A DNA stretch of 64,000 bases from Macrostomum lignano. Its lineage: Eukaryota. A program made the translations under genes and the position numbers. Shown here one piece after another: positions 1 through 14,286 of this stretch. Each line of letters begins with the position of its first letter. Within the stretch, counting starts at the first letter, position 1. The notes beneath the pieces were generated by a model, which was not told the origin of the DNA, did no database searches, and was given only the letters and a program-made list of their open reading frames with translations. The stretch spans positions 124,001 to 188,000 of the forward strand of contig NIVC01000268.1 of NCBI GenBank assembly GCA_002269645.1, in the 5' to 3' direction.

Positions 1-292
1 TCCAGAAAAATCTCCTAATTTGGTTAACCTCCCCACCTTTCACCCCTGTGTCCCAAGCTGTCTATTGCTTCTCGTCTGCTTTTTCTCTTTCCCAGAAATT
101 CTCAAGTTAGTTCCCCGCTGCCGTCCTCGTTTCGGTTTTTGAAACATTTTTATTTTGAAATTCAATCCAGGTTTGCTTTGTGCGCCATTTTTGGCTGGGG
201 CAGTGGCGTTGGTTTGGGGGGGGGGTAAAATGGCAATGTGGGATTCAGGGGCAGTATTTTTGTGCCAGGAGGATGTCAATTCCCGCGTAAGG

Positions 293-1090
293 CCTGTGTC
301 AGGAGGGTGTCAGGATGTCCATCTTGATGTCAGGAGGGTGTCAGGATGATGTCAGGAGGGTGTCAGGATGATGTCCATCCGGGTGTCAGGAGGGTGTCAT
401 GATGATGTCCATCGGAGTGTCAGGATGATGTCCGTCCGGGTGTCAGGAGGGTGTCAGGATAATGTCCATCGGGGTGTCAGGATGATGTCCATCCGGGTGT
501 CAGGATGATGTCTATCGGGGTGTCAGGATGATGTCAATCCGAGTGTCAGGAGGGTGTCAGGATGATGTCCATCGGAGTGTCAGGATGATGTCCATCAAAG
601 TGTCAGGAGGTTGTCAGGATGATGTCCATCGGAGTGTCAGGATGATGTCCATCGGAGTGTCAGGATGATGTCCGTCCGGGTGTCAGGAGGTTGTCAGGAT
701 GATGTCCATCGGAGTGTCAGGATGATGTCCGTCCGGGTGTCAGGAGGGTGTCAGGATAATGTCCATCGGGGTGTCAGGATGATGTCCATCCGGGTGTCAG
801 GAGGTTGTCAGGATGATGTCCATCAGGGTGTCAGGATGATGTCCATCCGGGTGTCAGGAGGTTGTCAGGATGATGTCCATCGGAGTGTCAGGATGATGTC
901 CGTCCGGGTGTCAGGATGATGTCCGTCCGGGTGTCAGGAGGGTGTCAGGATAATGTCCATCGGGGTGTCAGGATGATGTCCATCCGGGTGTCAGGATGAT
1001 GTCCATCGGGGTGTCAGGATGATGTCAATCCGAGTGTCAGGAGGGTGTCAGGATGATGTCAATCCGGATTTCAGGAGGGTGTCAGGAGTA
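293..1090. repeat. Minisatellite of mixed ~23-bp (GTGTCAGGATGATGTCCATCGGA) and 11-bp (GTGTCAGGAGG) units
   Basis: Directly visible tandem units; the ORF at 665-919 is a translation artefact of the repeat. Confidence 0.95.
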
Positions 1091-1749
1091 TGCTAATCAT
1101 CACGGCAGGTGTCAAGAAGGTGTCACTTTGATCATTAGGAGGCGCCAATTCGGTTTTCAGTGGCTCTAAAACTAAAGAGTACAGCAGTCCTTCATCCAAA
1201 GTCCAAAACCAAATCGCACAAAGCATTTGCCCATGCCCCTTTAACAATCGATACTCGATACCAAATCGAATTCTCAAAAGTTCTTCTCACTTTTAACCGC
1301 GTCTGTTGGGTGTTTAAACAATTTTTTTTCTGTTTTCTCTGGAAGTTTTGCCAGCATTAGTATTCCAGTCTCCAACCCCAGGTTATTTAACACCGCCTCT
1401 CATTAAGGAGCGGCCGGTTTTCAATTTCCTCTCGAAAATCCCCCTGTCAGAACCTTGTTGAATTGGAATCCAACACTGCATCCTCTGACTGTATGGGGCG
1501 GGATAGCTATTAACGCGTGAAACTGGATTTCTACTCGTATGAGAGGGAAATTTTTGTCCCCAATAAGAAATCCCCTGCTATATACTCAGAATCGATTGCC
1601 AGTACCGCGTCTCCTCATCCTGGCTGCTGACTTGTCCGTTTTTTGCGCTTAATAAGTCAATTATGATGGGGGCGTCCTGCCTTTTTATTAGATAGTAGGA
1701 ATTCCGTCTTAGGAATTTGAAGGTAAACATTTAATCATCTTCTTAGAGA

Positions 1750-2130
1750 TCGAACCTGTATGTGGGCTTATTTCATGTCAAATCAACCTATGATTTTCGA
1801 TACTAGGGATCGAACCTAGGACCTTCAATAATAGAGATCTAACGTAGGACCTTCGTGCTAGAGATCGAATCCGGGACCTTTGATTCTAGAAATCGAACCT
1901 AGGACCTTCGATTCTAGAAATCAAACCTAGGACCTTCAATTTTAGAAATCAAACCTAGGACCTTTTATTCTAGAAATCGAACCTAGGACCTTTGATTCTA
2001 GAAATCGAACCAAGGACCTTCGATTCTAGAAAGCAAACCTAGGACCTTCAATTTTAGAAATCGAACCTAGGACCTTCAATTTTAGAAATCGAACCTGGGA
2101 CCTTCAATTTTAGAAATCGAACCTAGGATA
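1750..2130 (-). repeat. ~28-bp tandem array derived from a tRNA/SINE T-arm (B box)
   Basis: Unit TAGAAATCGAACCTAGGACCTTCGATTC. The reverse complement of 1803-1819 is CTAGG-TTCGATC-CCTAG, a perfect T-stem/loop. Lies in a probable 5' UTR intron of the FKBP gene (donor GTAAAC at 1723). Confidence 0.8.
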
Positions 2131-2299
2131 TTTGGCATCTGGATCTAAAAATGAATCCAGCTGTCTATGGTACATATACATTATATATTGTATTGAGTCT
2201 ATCAGTATTCAATGCTCATATTTCAAAACCATGCATGCGCTTATATCTTCTCAAGAACTAACCAATACTTTTATAAACCTGAAAGAATTTTCTTCCAAG

Positions 2300-4567
2300 A
2301 TGTCCGACTCGGCCGATAATGATTTCACTCCGCCCGAGGGCTTCGCCGATATCAGCGGCGACGGCGGCGTCTATAAAAAAGTGCTGACCGAAGGCGTCGG
2401 CGAGGTGACGCCGTCAGTTGAGGACAGCGTGTTTGTGCACTACACCGGCACTCTGTTTGGCGGCGATCGGGACGGCGAGAAATTCGACTCGTCCAGGGAT
2501 CGCAACGAGCCGTTCAGCTTCAAGCTGGGCGCCGGCCAGGTCATCAAAGGCTGGGACGAGGCCGTGAAAACAATGCGCCGAGGCGAGGTGTGCGACATTG
2601 TGCTGAGGTCTGACTACGCCTACGGCAAGTCGGGCAGCGGGGCGAAGATTCCGCCTAATGCGGCGTTGAAATTCAACATCGAACTGATTCGCTGGGAAGG
2701 CGAAGATGTTAGCGAGGCCAAGGATAAAGGCGTTATTAAGCACTGCCTGCGCAAGGGCGAAGGCTACCAGAAGCCTGGCATAGGTGCAATGGTCACCGTT
2801 AATTTGGTTGGCAAGCACGAAGGTCGCGAGTTCGATTCTCGGACGGGAGTCAGCTTCGAAGTTGGTTTAGCCGACGAGGCTGGACTGCCGCAGGGCGTTG
2901 ATTTTGCTGTGAGAAGCATGACTAAAGGCGAGAAGGCGAGTTTCAGCGTGTCTGAGACCTATGCTCAGGCACAGAATGTGCCAGCCAACGCTGCCGTTGT
3001 CTACGAGTTGGAGCTCACTGATTTTGAAAAGATGAAGGAAAGCTGGGAGCTCAACGAAGAAGAAAAAGTTGCCCAGGCCGAACTGCTCAAAGCTAAGGGC
3101 ACAGAGTATTTTAAAAAGTCGAAAATGCGGCCAGCTCTGACTTATTATAATCGCGTTGTCGACTTTCTCAAATGGGACAGCGGCTTCGAGGACAAGCCGG
3201 AAGAGTTGCGCCAGCAGCGGGTCGCTCTGCTTCTGGCGGCCAGGCTCAACTTGAGTCTGGTGCACTTCAAACTCGGCGATCATCGTCAGTGCATTGAGGA
3301 AGCCGACGAAGCCATTAAACTGAATGCTGACGCCGCCAAGGCTTACTTCCGGCGCGGCCAGGCTCGCATGGCAACTCACGACTATGATGAGGCCAGGGAG
3401 GACTTCGAGAAGGTCGCCCAGCTCGAGCCGGGAAATCAGGCGGCTGCCCAGCAGATCGCTTTGGCCAAGCAGCGCATTATTGAGGAGAAGAATAGACAGA
3501 AGAAGACTTTCTATGGCATGTTTGACAAGTTTGCTCAGCACGACAGTGCCGCCCAGGTGAGTTGCAGCTTGATTGATTGATTGCGGGTCTAGGGATAGAC
3601 TGGCTCTCTTTCTCTAGGGATAGAATGGCTCTCTATTTCTCTAGGATTAGAATTATTTTTTATTTCTATAGGGATAGGATGTTTGTCTATTTCTATAGGA
3701 GTATAATTATACTCTATTTCTATACGAGTAGAATGACTCTCTAATTCTCTAGGGATAGAATTATTCTCCTTTTCTATAGGAAAATAGTTATTCTCTGTTT
3801 TATGTATATCTCGATATAACTAGATAGATCAGTTTGGATTGCGTGACTAATTTGATGGGTAATTTTAGCGGAGGCATTGGTAGCTAAGGCACTGCAGGTG
3901 AACTGAATGCTTTCATCCAAAATAAATTTAATAATATGAGAGCAAAGACTGAATGCCTGTCTTTCTCCCAATTATGGCAATTGTGATGAGTCGAAGGCCC
4001 CTCCCATTTCGTTAGCCATTTATAATCGGCCATCGTTGATCTGAATAATTATGGCGGTGCTTTATTAAAGCACTAATTTGCTTAGTTCTATATGGCCTCT
4101 AGTAAATTAAGTGAATAAACAATATAAATAACTGTTTTGCTCAAAATAACAATAATCATAACCATAATAATTATAATAAAATAATTGATTACACCTGCCC
4201 TAATGGGCAGATGTGCAACCGACAGCTCAGCCGCAGCTATTGCGCGGCACATCTGAAGGCTGCGTTACGGCTGTTCAGTCCAAAGACTGGGGGGTCGCCA
4301 CACACCCTTAATTACCATTGGCCTCTTTATCCGTCAGTTAATAGTCTGGCAATGGTCTCTTTATCAGTTAGGTAATAGTCTGGGACTGGCCTCTTTATCA
4401 GTTAGGTAATAGTCGGTCTTTATCTAACGGGTGCACCCCTAATTATTTTCTCACCTCTGACTCGTGTAATTATTTGTATTATTCAGAAATCAGCATCAAA
4501 GCCAGCCGCCGCGGCTGTTGCGGACAACGGCGAAGGCGGCGACAAGCCGGCCCCCACTGAGGCGTGA
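2300..4567 (+). CDS. FKBP4: FKBP52/FKBP59-type peptidyl-prolyl isomerase (2 FKBP domains + TPR + calmodulin-binding tail), ~445 aa; exons 2300-3556 and 4487-4567
   Basis: FK1 motifs VHYTG, FDSSRDR, LGAGQVIKGWD, YAYG, IPP; second FKBP domain; TPR motifs KGTEYFK and KAYFRRG; tail TFYGMFDKF. Canonical phase-0 GT-AG intron. Assignment to FKBP4 versus FKBP5 is not resolvable by eye. Confidence 0.93.
3590..3780. repeat. Degenerate ~27-28-bp tandem repeat in FKBP intron
   Basis: Recurring CTAGGGATAGAAT...CTCTATTTCT units. Confidence 0.8.
4190..4318 (-). mobile_element. 3' fragment of the CORE-like SINE family seen at 32166
   Basis: 4218-4318 matches the reverse complement of about 32305-32410 (GACAGCTCAGCCGCAGCTATTGC...GGTCGCCACACAC); ends in a TTA-rich tail on the minus strand. 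Confidence 0.8.
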
Positions 4568-5384
4568 AAGTCGGACAGGACTGATGACTCGGCTTGACTT
4601 ATTTTATAAACAACTGGAATAATAATAATTAATGCCACACACTAAATGTCTTAATGCTAATAAGTTCGCGTTTATTTTAGCAACCATACCAATTTAACTT
4701 ACTATCCAGGTACAAGCAAATGAGTAAAATATTTCAAAATACACTGTACTAAATACGCATTATTAAAACTACTAATATTTATGCTTACTCCAGTTATACG
4801 CATTTCTGTGTGCGACTGTCTGTCACAAGCTGCCCAGTGAAAGGATGACAGCAGCTAATGCGCCATCTGAACTTCTATTTACTACGGTTTTCTACATACT
4901 CCATTGCGGAGCTTTTTTTTCCCGCATTCAATCGTCTGTTATTCTGATCTATCTATGATAAATTGGCCAATTCCCATATATTAAAAATATATATCTATAA
5001 AATATGACCAGGCTCACAAACTTCTTCAGCAGTAAAAGACCATCTTTTTGAGCACAAAACATACAACGTATGCGTTCAATCTGAAATAAAAACAATTATT
5101 CTCAATCCAATTCCATCTTTGCTACGGTTTTCTCTTGCAATTATTGAAATTAATTTAGCTTCAGTTTTTGTTTAATTTATTAGACACTAAAATTGAGAAT
5201 TTACTACTAGATTTTGTATTATATTAATTGCTTTCAAAGCTTCAATGGGACAAGACTGGCTTCACAGAACCCTAAATTTCATAATTCAAATCCTTGATTA
5301 AACAAAGTAGGTAGATACAGGTAGTTATTAGGTACTCTAAAACTCTGAATTTTTCACGATCTTTATTTTTTGTTAGATTAGTTA

Positions 5385-5745
5385 GCGGCAGGGTGGCTGT
5401 GTGCACCCTGGCGCACTTTAAGCGGCATTGTCACACAACCAGCAAAAGGCATTGCTGCCAATTCCGCCGACTCCCCTGATCAGGCACACAAACGCGCGGA
5501 TACGTACGCAGTCATACGCACAGGCTCACACTCACACAGGAGTGTACAGCGGCCCTGACTTTATTTATCGTTAGGCATGTACACTTCACTGCGCTTTGGG
5601 GGTTGGCCCTCAAGGGCGTTAATTGCACGAGCAGAGCCAAGCCGAGATTCCAATTTAGCTCCAAATCAATGTGACTGCACTTGGAATCGAGTCTGGGCCG
5701 CTGGCACCTCAGAGCGCCGCGCTGGACCGCTTGGCTACGGCCCCC
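5385..5745 (-). mobile_element. tRNA-derived SINE (family A), apparently full length
   Basis: Minus-strand head GGGGCCGTAGCCAAGCGG (A box) and GACTCGATTCC (B-box-like); body is shared with copies at 21260, 53680 and 63296. Confidence 0.8.
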
Positions 5746-6158
5746 TCCGCCCCAACAGCTCGGCAAATAGCTCGTATGTGTCCTGCATACAGCATTTTGT
5801 AAACTCTCCCTCTCTCAACAGCTAATTGAATCGCTGTTGTACAGCCGTGTGGGTGGCAACAACATTCCGGTTTGGCCATATTGGGCTATGGAGGGAGATT
5901 TCTCCTTCATCTTCCCCCACCAGCCTGCCAATTCTGCGCCTGCTTAGCCGTCATTGGCTGCAGCCGGTTCGTCATCAACCCGTCGCGGGTTGGTTCCGGC
6001 CCAGCTTCTCTTACTTATTTTGGCTCGGGTTCCAAACAGCCCGTCTGCTCACTGCCATTCCTGTAGCTTGGAGTTGGAATCGTTCTTTCTAACCGAGCGG
6101 CTGCGCGACTTGAAGCAAGTGTTTTGAAAAGTCAACTAACAGAGGTAAACTAGTTGCC

Positions 6159-6614
6159 ATGACGACTCGGACAAAGCCAGCTGTTGCTTTCGCATCTGCC
6201 GTCCTGTTCCTTCTGGTGGCGGCTGCTGGATTCTGTTCGGCCGAGGAGACTGGCAGCGATCGTCAGGTTGAAGCCAGCGCTGCCCAGCTCAAGGCTAAGC
6301 GGTTTTACCACGACTCCGACCGCTTCAAGCGATTCTACCACGACTCTGATCGGTTCAAACGTTTCTACATCAATTCCGATCGTTTTAAACGCTTCTATGG
6401 AGGCGACGCCGAGCGTTTTAAAAAGTTCTTTTCTGGCGGCGACCGCTTCAAGAAGTTCTTTTCCGGCGGAGATCGCTTCAAGAAGTTCTTTTCTGGCGGA
6501 GATCGTTTCAAGAAGTTCTTTTCTGGCGGAGATCGCTTCAAGAAGTTCTTCAACGGCGGGGACCGATTCAAGAAGTTCTACAGCGAAGAGTCCGACCGGT
6601 TCAAGCGATCTTAA
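6159..6614 (+). CDS. Neuropeptide precursor, 151 aa: signal peptide + 10 KR/KK-flanked F(Y/F)xxx(D/E)RF peptides
   Basis: Hydrophobic N-terminus (AVAFASAVLFLLVAAAGFCSA). Peptides FYHDSDRF x2, FYINSDRF, FYGGDAERF, FFSGGDRF x4, FFNGGDRF, FYSEESDRF. Repeats differ mainly at synonymous third positions. AATAAA at 6743. Confidence 0.93.
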   Translation: MTTRTKPAVAFASAVLFLLVAAAGFCSAEETGSDRQVEASAAQLKAKRFYHDSDRFKRFYHDSDRFKRFYINSDRFKRFYGGDAERFKKFFSGGDRFKKFFSGGDRFKKFFSGGDRFKKFFSGGDRFKKFFNGGDRFKKFYSEESDRFKRS

Positions 6615-7984
6615 GCTGAACAAGCGAGCGCGCCAGCAGTAATGCGCCGGATAAACATCGACCTAATTGACCTTTGTTTAAAAGATCTTAAAGAACTGTT
6701 TCGATTGCCGCGCGCGCGCTTTGAATATGATAATACCTGGACAATAAAACTAACGCACCGGGCCTGCACTCCTCAAACCGTACTGTTGTTTTACCAGCCC
6801 TTTTCAATCTTATACAGTAGACTACTGCAACTTGTGTCCGCAAGATTATTATTGCAAATGCCGACTGCGCGCCTAAGACCCAGCCCGCAGCAGTTTTAAC
6901 GCACGCTACTACTATCAGCAGCAGAGCAATCGCAGCAGATTTAGAATCGCATTAAAATAATTGGTTAGCAGCAATCGCCAGCAACTTTGCAGCGGATTGC
7001 GTTCGCCAGTAAAAAACAAATACCATTGTTCTCAACAATGCTTGTTTCCGATAGCGTCTTTAATTTCTATTGTCTACTGCGATAAATGTACTTCGTGCGC
7101 CTATTGGCACGAAGTAGCCCATTGAAACATGACGCTGTCGACGCGTGTATCTGCATGCATGAAGCTTTTTTCCACTTTCTACTCAGCTTCTCAGTCTCTG
7201 GAGAGGGGCAATTAACAATTCGTGTCGTTTTATAGAGAAAAAAGCCTGGCATAGCCCCGTCAGTTAGTCAAACAACTAATATAAGGAAGAATGCAAAGTG
7301 ATTCGCCATAGCTGTCTATTAGGTGTCTTGCACTTCTTACCTGTCTGAGGGGTTTGCTAAGCAAGTAGTTGTTGAGCAATGTCATTTGGTGCTCAGGATG
7401 CGTGGCCAGAGTTGGGCACAAGGCGTCCCTCCAAAGACAGGCCTAATGAATAAAAAGGTCCTAAATGGCTACGCCTCTGATGCCAACACAAGTGGCTGCA
7501 CTCTTGCATACTCTTACCATTAACAACTAAAATCAAAGGATGCTATACACTCGCAAGCTGGGCAAAGTTTGCTAGATCCCGGTTTTCGCTACAAAATGCT
7601 TAATCCATTAGCGAATAGGAAGCTTTCAGTTTATAACACTTAATTCCCTTTCCAATGGGATCGCCTTCTGGACTTCTCTTTGTTAGTGAAATGCTACGAG
7701 TACCGGAGACCGGGAACTGTATAGGCATAATTTGAGTTGTATTTTTTCTAGAGCGGATTTCTTTGCACTGAATATGTCAAACCCCAGTTCAGTGCTATGC
7801 AAAAGAGGCAAACTGTATTTTGACCATTGCCGCTCTCCAGCAATTATTTTTGCGAACTTTATTTCGGCAAACTTGTTAGTGCACTTGATTGGAAATTCGA
7901 AAGTCCAGATTCTAGGTGAGGTGCGTTGTCCATGGCTTTTACATGTAAGGTGGTAGCCAAGGGGGGCCGCCCCCCCCCTCAATC

Positions 7985-8365
7985 GGCTGGAAAGCATCTT
8001 GGCGCCCCCCTTGCCAGCAGTCTTGGCGCCCCCAGCAGGCTTGGCGCTCCCAGCAGGCTTGGCGCCCCCAGCAGGCTTGGCGCCCCCCCTTTTCCAGCAG
8101 GCTTGGCGCCCCCCCCCTTTCCAGCAGGCTTGGCACCCCCAGCAGGCTTGGCGCCCCCCCTTTCCAGCAGGCTTGGCGCCCCCCCCTTTCCAGCAGGCTT
8201 GGCACCCCCAGCAGGCTTGGCGCCCCCCCCCTTTCCAGCAGGCTTGGCGCCCCCCCTTTCCAGCAGGCTTGGCACCCCCAGCAGGCTTGGCGCCCCCCCC
8301 TTTCCAGCAGGCTTGGCGCCCCCCCTTTCCAGCAGGCTGGGCGCCTTCCTTTTCAGCAGGCTTGG
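7985..8365. repeat. GC-rich ~27-bp minisatellite (CCAGCAGGCTTGGCGCCCCCCCCTTT)
   Basis: Visible tandem units; the six overlapping ORFs here are artefacts. Confidence 0.95.
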
Positions 8366-9740
8366 CGCGGCCCCCCTGAGACCCCCCCCCAATCAGAAAT
8401 CCTGGCTTACGCACTCTGAGCTCCCTCTCACGCTACTGAATGCCGCGTGACAGGGTTGAGTTTAAAAAGTTAACTTTAAGTCCCGACGAGGTGAGACTAA
8501 ACGCAAATGGTTAGTAAATTTTGAAGCGCAGCGTTCTTCGATGTAAGTCCATCCTGGGTATAGTCAGTAAGGGATCGAAGTGATTAGTTGAAAGTAGCCT
8601 TATCGTGAAACGCAGACACCTTGGCAGATTAATCAAAAATCGCTATTTCATCCGACCATTTTTCGTTCGATTCATAGAATTTTTACTTTGGGGGAGAATT
8701 TGCTTCGCCTTTGCATGCATATAGCTGGCTGGCTAGTCAATTTTACTTGAGAAGCTACTGCTGAGACAGACGCGAAATCCATGCAGAGCTGGCCTCGTTC
8801 TCCTCATCGCAAAACTAATCTCGCGCCCGCTTGCAATCTCCAACGCGCCAGGATAGAAAGTTATTTGCGGAAACCTGCTTTGGCATTATCCGCTGCCTGC
8901 CGGGGTCCCGCGTTGATTGCAAATCTGCTGGCAATCTGCAGGTCCGCCAATTCCCCGGATGGCCGGGCGGGTCGGCAAAGTTCCATGACTCTGGGATTTG
9001 CCGATGATGGAACCGAGCTATTTTATTAGACCCTCGTCCAACTTGCAGCTGAGATAATCTGTCTGCTAATGCGTCGGGTTGCCTGTCTGTCTACGATGGA
9101 CTAGAGAAGAAGCTTTGATAGAGATCGAAAATAAGGGAAAGTTTTGCATGTGATTTGTTAAAAGTATGAGCTATGAAATAATTAGGATTAATTTTTTGTG
9201 CTTTTGAGCAAGGCGGTAGGACGTACACGGGTTATGCACATGCAGGCTACGTGTGCATACATACAAGGGCTACCTTACTCAAGTAAAAGGACGCGACACT
9301 ATACGTTTCTTGGAAAATTTTAGGCGGCAGGAAGGAATTTTACCGAAAAATCCCAGAAATAGGAGGTGATCATTTTTTGAGCACAAAATTGTTATTGCTT
9401 TTGATAGAAGGGAGAACCAATGTTCATTTTTTGATATGTCTTACCTTTCTTATAACTCTATTTAATTGATATTCATAAAGCTTTTCGTTTAGTAAATTGG
9501 GATTTATTTAATAATCTTATATCCTACGTACATTTACTGTGCCGAAAAATCATTAAAAAATGGCACAGCTCGACTCATTGGTTTATGAATCTATTTCATT
9601 ATGCTTAGCTTAATGACTGTGTAACAAAATGTGCAATACTCGTAGAATGATAAAATATAGATTCACAAATCAATGAGTCCAGTTGTGCCATTTTTATGGT
9701 TTTTAGGTACTACGTAGGATACACTATTGATATATAGCTA

Positions 9741-10522
9741 CGAGGGGTGTTCCAGAAATAGTGTCACTTTTGCTTGCTTCCACAAGTATTAATGCGTGTT
9801 AAAAAATCATATGCCTTAAAAGCTAGCGGCTTATTTTAGCTTTCATGTCACGAAAGTCCGATTTTTATAAGTGCTTCCTGCTGTAAGCAGCATGCATTTG
9901 TTCGCATACCCTTAGCCATAGAAATACACACCGCATTGTGCTTCTATGCTCACTCAGAAGAAAGCCACAAGTAGAGCTGATCAAGCACAGAGTTGCAAGA
10001 CAGCAGCTCGAGGCTGGCCGGCAGTATGTTTTGCCAACTTAACCAAAGGTGGTTGGCCTTTGATATCTACAGCCAGCCTCGAACTGTTCGATCCACCTGT
10101 AAACCGTTCGTCGACTGATGGAATCGGGACCGTGAATGCGGGTCAGGTTCTCGTGAATATCAGGGCATTTCTGACCAAGACTCCAAAGTGTAAACATTGC
10201 GTGTCTGCCCTTCCGTAAGAGTGAAAGTTAGGGTCCATGACTGGAACAAATCTTGCAGCTGCTGTCTTGCAACTCAGTGCTTGATCAGCTGTACTTGTGG
10301 CTTTCTTCTGAGTGAGCATAGAAGCACAATGCGGTGTGTATTTCTATGGCTAAGGGTATGCGAACAAATGCATGCTGCTTACAGCAGGAAGCACTTAAAA
10401 AAATCGGACTTTCGTGGCATGAAAGCTAAAATAAGCTGCTAACTTCTAAGGCATGATTTTTTAACACACATTAATACTTGTGGAAGCACGCAAAAGTGAC
10501 ACTACTTCTGGGACACCTCTCG
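9741..10522 (-). mobile_element. Non-autonomous Tc1/mariner derivative with ~267-bp inverted arms and a residual transposase HTH fragment
   Basis: Arms 9741-10008 and 10257-10522 are reverse complements; terminus TA|CGAGGGGTGTTCCAG is mariner-like (right flank is TT). The minus-strand spacer encodes MFTLWSLGQKCPDIHENLTRIHGPDSISRRTVYRWIEQFEAG, a mariner N-terminal HTH. Confidence 0.88.
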
Positions 10523-12300
10523 TTTTAATATACTTTTTAATATCAATAGAGCTATAAGAAAGGCTATTAATATCAAAAGACAAACTATCAAGTCTCCCTT
10601 CTATTAAAAGCAATAAAAATTTTTGTGCTGAAAAATGAAGACCTATTTCCGTAATGCATTTTTTCGTGAAACTTAATTGCCTCCTTAAATTTTCCAAGAA
10701 ACGTCATTTACCGTCTTTCTACTTGAGCATTCCTTGGGTGTACATGCAGCAGCCCTGACTTTCACCATCAAGCCAAGTACACTATCTGTGCCTGGGGGGG
10801 GGGGGGGCGTGGTTGTACCTTATCGCACGATCAGCCCTACTAAGCCAGCAGTTTTCGTTTACGACACCTGGCACCTGGACACCTGGAGCACCTCTACTGT
10901 AACCCAGTCAGCACTTTATGTGCCGAGTGGCAAAAAAGGGTTTACAAGTATCTGTTAAAGTAAAGTGACGAATTAGGATATTTGGCAGCGCGGGAGGCAG
11001 GCTTCTGCATGGAGGCGTTTAATTTATGCGCTGGATTCCTGAAGAGCCCCGCCCAGCTGCTCCAGCCTCACGTTCCCATCGCTCCGTCCAGTGACAGGTG
11101 ATTTAATTGTAAGACCTGTCGAAACAAAATTATATATTTTCTATAACAACAGGGAAACAGAAAACAGCTGAAATAAATAAAAAATGCTCAAAACAGATGC
11201 CTTCTCAAGCCGCCTCTGTTGCCATTGGCAACAAATTAACGGATTTTTTCATCCACCTCGTCCTTCAGGGCATTCATCATTCATTCTCTAGCTATTCTTT
11301 CTCAATGCCGGCCTTGGCTTTGCAGAATTTTAACTCGATCCCCCCGCCATTAGCCCGCGGGCTCGGGCCGGGCCAAGGAAGTCTAGAACCAGAATCTGAA
11401 ATGCCAATTCTTTTCTGAACAATTCCAGCTATTCCGGAGATTTAGGAAACAATATTTTTTTCATTACAAAATCAATGATTGCATTCAATATGAGGCAGTG
11501 AAAATTAGTAATTTAACATACACAAAATGTTACTCATGACACTCATTTGTGAGTATTTACAACTTTGGCTTGGGCTTATGAAATAATATGAAACAATATA
11601 AAAATGAAACTTTCACTGCACAACTATATAAAATACAACAGATTAGCATGTTGTGCATGGTAAATTCAAGGAATGGTAATCTTCCGTGTCCCAGACCAAA
11701 TTTAATATTTGACTTTGTGATAAAAAATGTTGTTCCTTTCCCGGTGTGTTTTTACAGGAAATCGGCCTCCTAAAAATTACCAGTTTTTTAGCTTTACGTC
11801 CTGTTTATACTACACAGCTGCCTTTGATTGCAAGTAGAGAGCTAGCATTCCAGATTCTGTCTCTAAGAGTTCCTTGATCCCGCCGCGCTCAGGAAAGGAA
11901 TTAAACCCAGTGGCAGGGAGAGAGAGAAGACTTCCCTGATGAATCCACCGCGCCTTGGAAATATTTATTTTATTCTCCAAATCCGCTTGCTACGGCTACT
12001 TTTATGGGGCTGTGCTGTCATGCTCGAATACCCCGGTAGCTGGGTTGCGAGCGCTATAAAATCTCTTAGATTGTGATATACGATGCCTGCAGTTCAGATC
12101 GGCTCTGCATGTTCTACATGAAACTTTATACTGTGGTTAGCGTTTGGGGAGGCAAAATTGATATCGTCAATTTGCATGAATCCCCTGACTTGCTTGCGGT
12201 CTCTAAAAGCGTTTTGAATTTGAGCTTAATTTGTATTTTCTCTCAAATTTCACATTTTTTGCTAATCCTCTACTGGCTTCCCCTTTCACATTTGATTCTT

Positions 12301-13852
<1,552 letters not shown>

Positions 13853-14286
13853 TCTTTGCTGTTTTCCCCTATAGCAACTGGTTCAATAATTCAGCAATCC
13901 GCTGTTCAACTTTCTGTGCGCGGCAGCTTCTTCTTACTTTGGAGCGAAACCGAATATTGATTTTGCGTTTGATTGATTTCTTAGAAACCTGCCAACTTTG
14001 AGCAGTCTGGTCTCAGTGTGTTTACTGTTAGCAAAGTCTGAAGTCGCATGATGAATTTCATTTTTAACCAAAAATAAAACACTCAAGCCAACGCGTCAGG
14101 GTTCTGATATGCTTTGCAAGTGCTATCGATGTGACTGCATGCTTGCGGGCCAAGCAAACTGGATCGTCAATGAAATCTTCCAGCTATTCTTAATAACAGA
14201 AGTTTTCTGTGCACCTTTACTTTCTCTCTTTCGTTCTCATTTTTTGTGAATTATTTTTCACAGGTTTAGATACCTGTTAGATTGCA

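Noticed and set aside
2132-2299. 56-aa N-terminal extension of the FKBP ORF
   Set aside because: Starts at TTG in AT-rich, intron-like sequence with AG acceptors just before ATG 2300; homology begins after Met57.
2414-3541. Antisense ORFs of 134 and 224 aa over FKBP
   Set aside because: Shadow frames of a GC3-rich gene; no independent motifs.
5820-6092. Short ORFs upstream of the neuropeptide gene
   Set aside because: No ATG-led frame with recognisable features; probably UTR or promoter sequence.
8480-8520. Hammerhead-like CCGACGAG...TAAAC
   Set aside because: Two invariant core positions are wrong and there are no convincing stems.
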